From the NCBI GenBank assembly GCA_964016885.1, contig OZ024742.1, positions 185,380,001 through 185,444,000 of the forward strand: a stretch of DNA of 64,000 nt, read 5' to 3'. Shown here piece after piece: positions 56,913-64,000 of the stretch (position 1 is its first letter; every line of letters begins with the position of its first letter). The translations under genes and the position numbers were made by a program. The DNA is from Eledone cirrhosa. Lineage: Eukaryota. The notes below the pieces were generated by a model. It was not told the origin of the DNA and searched no databases. It saw only the letters and a program-made list of their open reading frames with translations.

Positions 56913-57194
56913 TACATTACATAAATTTATATATATATATATATATGTATATATATTTACACACATATACATTTATGTACATATATATCATCATCGTCAT
57001 CGTTTAACGTCCATCTTCCACGCTAGCATGGGTTTGGACGGGAATTTTCCCACTTGAGGCAAGATTGGTTGTCTTGCTCGTATAGGACTGTCTGGCGGGT
57101 TTTCTACGGCTGGATGCCCTTCCTAACACCAACCACGTTTACAGGGTGGACTGGGAGGTTTTTACCGTGTTACCTACACGGCCACATTACATAA

Positions 57195-57233
<39 letters not shown>

Positions 57234-57689
57234 TACAGATATATTTATATACATACACATATATATGTCTATAAACACACACATATACATATGTTTATAT
57301 ACACACACATATTTATTTATATACACACACACATATGTATATATATAGTAATAATAATAAATGTGAAGACTAAAATCCAAAGAGGGCTCGATAAGGATAA
57401 ATATATATCAGATATATAAGAACACTAGAGCAAATATTTATTAAAATAACAGATTAAAGTTTAAGTAAAGAATCGTTGCTTTCACCCTTAACGGGATCTT
57501 ATATATAAGGAAAATAAGAAAAAAAGTAGAAAATGCTAATGGGATTTTCTAGAATAACAGCAAAACATTTTTTAAAAGTAATTTATCGTACTGGTTTCAG
57601 TCGATAGTTGTTTCGGCTTCTTCATGCTACAGGAAATATGATAAAATCAACTCGTGTGTCACTTTTCAACATTCTATATATATATGTGT

Positions 57690-57957
57690 AAATGAAGTAA
57701 TTCCGTCGGAAAAGGAAAAGTCCAGGAAAAAAGAGTGCTCTATGTAGGTAACAGAGCTTAATAGTTATGTAATAAACAACACAAGGCAATTATTCCATTT
57801 ACCAGTGGTTTCTTAAAAGCAAAAGATTTTGCTTTCAATCCTCAGAATGACCAGGATTTTTTTCATTCTGAGGATTGAAAGCAAAATCTTTAGCTTTTAA
57901 GAAACCACTGGTAAATGGAATAATTGCCTTATGTTGTTTATTACATAACTAATTTCT
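57690..57957. mobile_element. Fold-back PLE terminus with two complete hammerheads (+57862-57919, -57794-57850)
   Basis: UUCAUU-CUGAGGA-UUGAAAGC(..)GCUUUUAA-GAAA-CC(acu)GG-UA-AAUGGA. Confidence 0.85.
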
Positions 57958-58415
57958 ATATATATATATATATGTATATAATGTATATATATATATATAT
58001 ATATTATTTATATCATTCCAAAACTAACCTTAGTTTTCTCTTTGCTATCATCCCCTTTTTATCAAAAGACATGTATTTTACACCTCATTACCCCCCCCCC
58101 CCCACACACACACACACACACCAGACATATACCCAAATTCATCTTTAATATAGAAAATTGTAGAAGATGTTTTTAATAAATTTAAGATAGTTGATATTCA
58201 GCTATAAGAAAAGAATTTGAAAACCATCTGGCCATTATATTTTATTCACCAAAAGGTCGTCTATTGAAATGGAACCAGCAGGATCTATTTCAAAGAACTT
58301 ACTAGATCTACAAAACCAAATTGTAAAATTATAATATTATAAAATCAAATTGTTTAGAACTGTAAGTGAAGTCCTTCTTTCCCTTTTTTTCAAATATATA
58401 TGTGTGTGTGTGTGT

Positions 58416-58473
<58 letters not shown>

Positions 58474-59150
58474 CTGTAATAGGTTTTGGCCAGCATTGGC
58501 CCAGGCCGTATCTAACTTTAGAGCCCCACCTGGCGAAGTCTTTCAAATCAGGATTTGGACACCATGGCCCACTCAAGTAGAGTTATTGTTTACGGAGACA
58601 TATCCGTGTGCAGGAGGTTTATCTGGGATTTTTTTGAGGAATTTGCCGAAAAACTTTTTGAATTTTATTGGGTCTTTTTCTGTTTTAATGTGTTTTGGTG
58701 AGAGAGCAAGACCAGTTGGGGTGAAATAATTGTGCCATATGAGATGCTAGTTGGATTTTTGTTGTGAGCAGATAGCACCGGGCAACATCATTTGGGCAAT
58801 GCAAATGGAATATTTTCCACATCATGCAGATAATGTTGAGCTCACGGGGGCGTTGGAGAAAATAGAGTTTGAGCCTTTCTAGTCGACCCCAATAGTCAAG
58901 GAGCTATCATGCCATCTATCTTTTTTGTGATTGACCTTTGAGGTGCTTCAATTCTCATAACACTATATTTCGTGCGAGGACATCCCAGTGAACAGTATTC
59001 AAGGTGGGGTTGGGCAAAATTAAAGAAGAGAAGGACAATGATGTGGATATCTTTCGACTGGGTAGTTCTGAGAATACAGGAACATATTTTACGGGCTATT
59101 TCAACTTTGCTGGTTATATGAGTGGCTCAATTTATGTTGTCACCCCCAAG
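58474..59150 (-). pseudogene. Degenerate CR1-like LINE 3' fragment
   Basis: Manual minus-strand translation: PHLEYCS, IEAPQRSITKKIDGM, DYWGRLERLKLYFLQR, MWKIF, KFLKKIPDKP. Confidence 0.75.
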
Positions 59151-59612
59151 TCTCTAATAATATATATATATATGTGAAGGTGCATGGCTTAGTGGTTAGA
59201 GCATTGGGCTTGCAATCGAAAGGTTGTGAGTTCAATTCTCGGACAGGGTGATGTGTTGTTTCCTTGAGCAAGACACTTTATTTCACATTGCTCCCGTTTA
59301 CTCAGCTGTAGAAATGAGATGATAGGACTGGGGTCCCTATCATTCCACTGCAAAGTGGTCGTGGAGGTGCCACGGCAAAATAGCACCCAGCCCACACTGT
59401 AACGTGGACGTGTAGGCGCCATGTAAAAAAAGCACCAGCACTCACTGTAAATGAGGTTGGTGTTAGGAAGGGCATCCAGCTGTAGAAATCAAGCCAGAAT
59501 CAGTTCCTGTATGAGCAAGACAAGGTCAGCCGACCTGACACGGCCCACAACAGGACAACCCGTCTAACCTATGCTAGCGTGGAAGAACGGACGTAAAACG
59601 GTGATCATGATG

Positions 59613-59658
<46 letters not shown>

Positions 59659-60685
59659 GGAACCAGTAAGACCCCGACGGCTGAGCTCAAGCCGTTCCGA
59701 CGGCTAATTCTGGACTAAAATTTTTAGTCCAGAATTAGCCGTCGAAACGGCTTGAGCTCAGCCGTCGGGGTCTTACTGGTTCCTATTACCCACTCTACTA
59801 CCCCAAGTATTGAGTACTTTGGTGCGTTATGGTCCACCTGGTTCCTTACCACATTTCCTTCGTTATATATATATATATATATATATATACAGTATACCCC
59901 CGGGATTCGCGGAATTTTCCGTAGAACCTAACTAATAATTGTTCGTGGAAACCACCGCATATTCGTGGAATCGTAAATATCTTCTGTGATTTTTTTATGG
60001 CTTTTTTCGTGGCAATATATATTTTTTACGCTTTTTATATATATTTTTAACGCTAAATTATAGATAACAATATACCGTATTTGCCGTTTATATGCATTTT
60101 CATGGATCACGTCCAATATTCACGGTTTACTCTTCGCGGGTAGGAAAGTAACCCCTGCCAATACCGGGGGACAACTGCATATTTACATACGGGGAGTATA
60201 ATAGGTGGAGGTACTAGCGCGCAAGCGTGCACAAAATCCATGCAGCTGGCGCGCATAGTGTGGTTGCGTGTGCAGGCACACGCACGCGCGCATACAAATG
60301 CGCACGCACACACGCACAAACCGACACACGCGGAGGCCAAGGCGCGTATGTAGGGGTAGTGGGGGAGAGTTAATGATGTTAATGGTCTTAGTTGCAGGTG
60401 TTCTGGTCATATTAGTGGGAGTTAATGGGTATAACGCTATTTGTTCCGGCTTTCTGCATTCTGAGTTCGAATCCCGCCGAGGTTAACTCTTCCTTTCTGG
60501 TTCAATAAAAAATGACTAGTCAAGCACTGGTCAATCTATGTTTTTCTCTCGTCCTCCATCTCTCACACACAGGAGCTGTGTTCAGACCTGGTGGCTACAT
60601 ATATATATATACACATACATACGTAAATATATTCATATATTTACGTATATATATTCATATAGGTGCACACACACACACATATATA

Positions 60686-61079
60686 TGATGGCTGCAACTC
60701 GATTTCGATTAATGCCATCGCTTGATACATACGCATGAGCATCACGGACGTGGCTTTTTAGTCCTGCTAGGGACTTGCCTATGGCCAGCAATGCCATGCA
60801 TCGCAAAAAATGTCACATATCAAGCAATGCCTGTGCTTGAAGCTTTTTTTAAGTGAAGAAGGCTTTGCACGGGTTCAATCCCAACCGACTGCATTTACCC
60901 AAAAAGAAGAACTGGTCTACATCATTGGATGCAAACGAAGTCGCAGGTTTTATAACAGAGTGACTTTCTCCTAGAGCGATGTCTTAATGAAGACCAGGGG
61001 TCTCTCACTCTACAAAAATATCTTTATTGGATGGCCATTGACTCTCCTGAGTTCCTCCGCCTTTTGGCGGATTTCGTTT
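60686..61079 (-). mobile_element. Short internally deleted RTE derivative
   Basis: 5'-UTR-like part (matches 20420-20830) joined directly to KSLAGLKSHVR, matching the RTE terminal zinc finger RSLAGLKSHIR at ~54265-54300. Confidence 0.6.
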
Positions 61080-61270
61080 TCAGGCAGTAAGAACTTGAAA
61101 AGGAAAAACAGGAAAACATAATGTTGTAATGGATTTTACCTTGTTAATTCATTGATATGCTCAGACGAAAAGTGTGTTGTTAGTCTTCTAAGGAACTGAA
61201 AGCATATGAATTAACAAGGCAAAATCCATTACAACATTATGTTTTCCTGTTTTTTCTGTTCAAGTTCTTA

Positions 61271-61327
61271 CTGCCTGATGAGGTCATAGCTGTTGAATAA
61301 TGGCTATCACTGAAATATATATAGCAG
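61271..61327 (+). ncRNA. Type I hammerhead in fold-back insert ~61080-61470
   Basis: CUGC-CUGAUGA-ggucAUAGCUGUU(gaau)AAUGGCUAUcacu-GAAA-UAUAUA-UA-GCAG; inverted arms 61080-61153 / 61205-61278. Confidence 0.83.
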
Positions 61328-61465
61328 CGTATATGAATAAACGAAGCTAATTTTACCGTTTTACACTTCTTGTTTTTAAAAGTCTGTAAACAGACTAACC
61401 TGCGCACTTCGTTTGAGTGGTCCAACCTGCATACTGAGGTGTCGGTAAACAACCAACACATACTC

Positions 61466-61512
<47 letters not shown>

Positions 61513-61743
61513 TATATTTAGAGTTATAAACTCAAACAGTCCTTTACAATTAATTAGCTCAAAGAAAGAAGCATTTCTGAGCCGTGAAATACAAGTTAAT
61601 ATAAATTAATATATGATAAACACATAAGTGTTTGTATTGTAAAAGACGAAGTTAGCTAGAATGAAATAAACTAATTCAAATAAATATAGTTTGCCTGTCT
61701 CGATTTAAAATAATAAATCAATAAAAACAAACCCATATTGGCA

Positions 61744-61803
<60 letters not shown>

Positions 61804-62315
61804 GCATAGTGGTTACACTCCCTCTAAAGTTTACTGCCGCCCAAAATCAAAACGTGGAACTGGGTGTAATGTTTAACGAAGTTTTCAGTTTATAAGAAAT
61901 ATGATAAAAATCTGCACTACGCTTTGAGCACCTTTTCTCCTGCTTGTCGACACAATTTTTCATGCTGTAACAAATCATAACGTATTTGTATCATCGTCAT
62001 AAACACCTAACGTCCTTTTCTGAATGTTTGAGGAAAGGGTCATCATCAGCACAACAACGTATTGAGCTCTTTTTCCGCTCTTCTGTAAGGTTCAGTACTT
62101 TTGAGATCCACTCTCACCACTTCTGTCCAGGCTTTCTTCAAGCTTCCTTCCACTGAGATATCCTGGTACTTCTTCCCCCATTGATCATCCTTCTCTCTTG
62201 TGTATATATATAAGAACCTCGCAGTCAGTAGCCCGACTCCCCCAAATATATATATATATATATATACATAGTGACGAAACATAAGTCAATTGCATGAACT
62301 CATAATCCTTTATTT

Positions 62316-62371
62316 ACTGCTATATATATTTCGATGATAGCCATTGAATGGCTATGACCTCATCAGGCAGT
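62316..62371 (-). ncRNA. Type I hammerhead, same family as 61271
   Basis: ACUGC-CUGAUGA-ggucAUAGCCAUU(c)AAUGGCUAUcauc-GAAA-UAUAUA-UA-GCAGU. Confidence 0.85.
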
Positions 62372-62439
62372 TAGTCAGTTCTTAGATATGCCAGCTCTGT
62401 GTTTATAGTGTTGATGGTATCAGAGCCTTGGGACATATG

Positions 62440-62559
<120 letters not shown>

Positions 62560-63248
62560 TGTGCGTGTGTGTGTGTGTGTGATGGTAAACGACAATGATT
62601 ATATATATATATATATGAAAAGATTCAGGACGCCGACGGCTGAGCTCCGGCTGCATCAACAGCTAGATCCAAACACTTCGGATCTAGCTGTCGAAACAGC
62701 CGGAGCAATCAAGAATATTATGGGGGTTGTATTGGTAAAGTATTTTTTATATATATTTGTATGATTTGCGTTTCCTGGATTATGAGAATGGTGGTGTATG
62801 CGAGGACCGTGGCGTTGTTTTGCTTCTCACTTTTAATATTTTTGATATTTCTCTACACACAGGCTTCTATATCATACATATATATATAAAAAATACTTTA
62901 CCAATACAACCCCTATAATACTCTTGATTGCCCGCTTAAACTGCTTGTATTACATATAACACCCTGCCGCACTATATTCTTATATAAATAAGACACACGT
63001 TCATGCCCCACATGTAACTATTGCATACACTAACTACTTCAAACTATCCTCTTGCTTTATCTTCGTAAACTGCCAATGTTGTATTTTAACTTTAATTTTG
63101 TCCTTTAATATGACTTCAATCTTTGTATGTAAATTGCCATGCTATATTGTTATAATGGATGTCAACCCACTGTGCGTCAATATATACATGTTTCTATATG
63201 TCTCTTGTGTTGGAAAGGAGGTCAAGTATGTAAAAAATCATTGAAAAA

Positions 63249-63297
63249 TTGCTCCGAAGACTCCAAACCTCGGTTTGGAAGAAACAATTGTAAGCGA
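63249..63297 (+). ncRNA. Hammerhead-like motif with CCGAAGA core (element ~62706-63390 with inverted 5' part)
   Basis: UUGCU-CCGAAGA-cUCCAAACC(uc)GGUUUGGAa-GAAA-CAAUUG-UA-AGCGA. Confidence 0.72.
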
Positions 63298-64000
63298 ATA
63301 AATGGTTTAAACAGAACTTTGATTCATGTAATTTCTATATATATATATATATTATTCAACGCCCGTTGTAGCTGCATTTATATAATGTAGATATATATAA
63401 TTGTCTCCACTTTTGGCACAAAGCCAGCAATTATCCCAGTGTATTACTGGTACTTTATTTTATCGACCCCGTAAGGATGAAAGGCAAACTTAACCTCAGT
63501 TGAACTCAGAATAGCAAGGGCCGTAACTCTATGCTCCAAAGCATGGCGTCCGACCTCTACCGATACTGCCAATCCACCGCTAATCCCGCCGAGGTTAACT
63601 TTGCCTTTCATCCTTTCGGGGTCGATAAAATAAAGTACCAGTAATGCACTGGAATAATTGCTGGCCTTGTGCCAAAACTAGAAACAATTATTAAGTTGCA
63701 AGTTAGTTATTTCATAAAAATTCTCATAATTCTTGATTACACCGGTAATTAAACTACAAAAGATGTATGTTGTTGTTAGAAATATGGCTACAAAAGGTTA
63801 AATGATGTTTCTTATTCGGGACTAGATGTCAGACTCTGGCAGGTTTTGACATGAAAGATATGATCTCAGAACTACTGACAAATGAAACAGCTTGTTATGT
63901 ACATATTGTACCAGTCATATACACAGTATTTCAGTTATTTGCAATACTAAACCATATTCACTCATACTACCTATTTATAAATTTGTCTATTTTTTATTTA

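Overview
AT-rich, microsatellite-saturated eukaryotic DNA. The SINE/LINE repertoire suggests an octopus or other coleoid genome (inference). I found no host gene, and nearly all ORFs in the track are translations of (TA)n/(TG)n/(AG)n. The real content is mobile DNA: two Naiad-type Penelope-like elements (PLE; RT plus C-terminal GIY-YIG) at ~2.3-8.8 kb and ~49.4-53.7 kb, RTE-BovB-like, Tx1/L1-like and CR1-like LINE fragments, many Meta- and CORE-SINEs, a head-to-tail Helitron chain, and hAT, piggyBac and mariner MITEs. The main hidden signal is a dense set of type I hammerhead ribozymes (HHRs): about ten sequence families and more than 20 complete or half copies, read by eye on both strands, almost all in short inserts within (TA)n. 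Many form fold-back palindromes. One family has a ~92-nt branched stem II with covariation and a conserved pseudoknot, another has a CCGANGA core, and the full-length Naiad starts 2 nt from its own predicted HHR cleavage site. Coordinates were counted by hand and may be off by a few nt; RNA structures are manual predictions.
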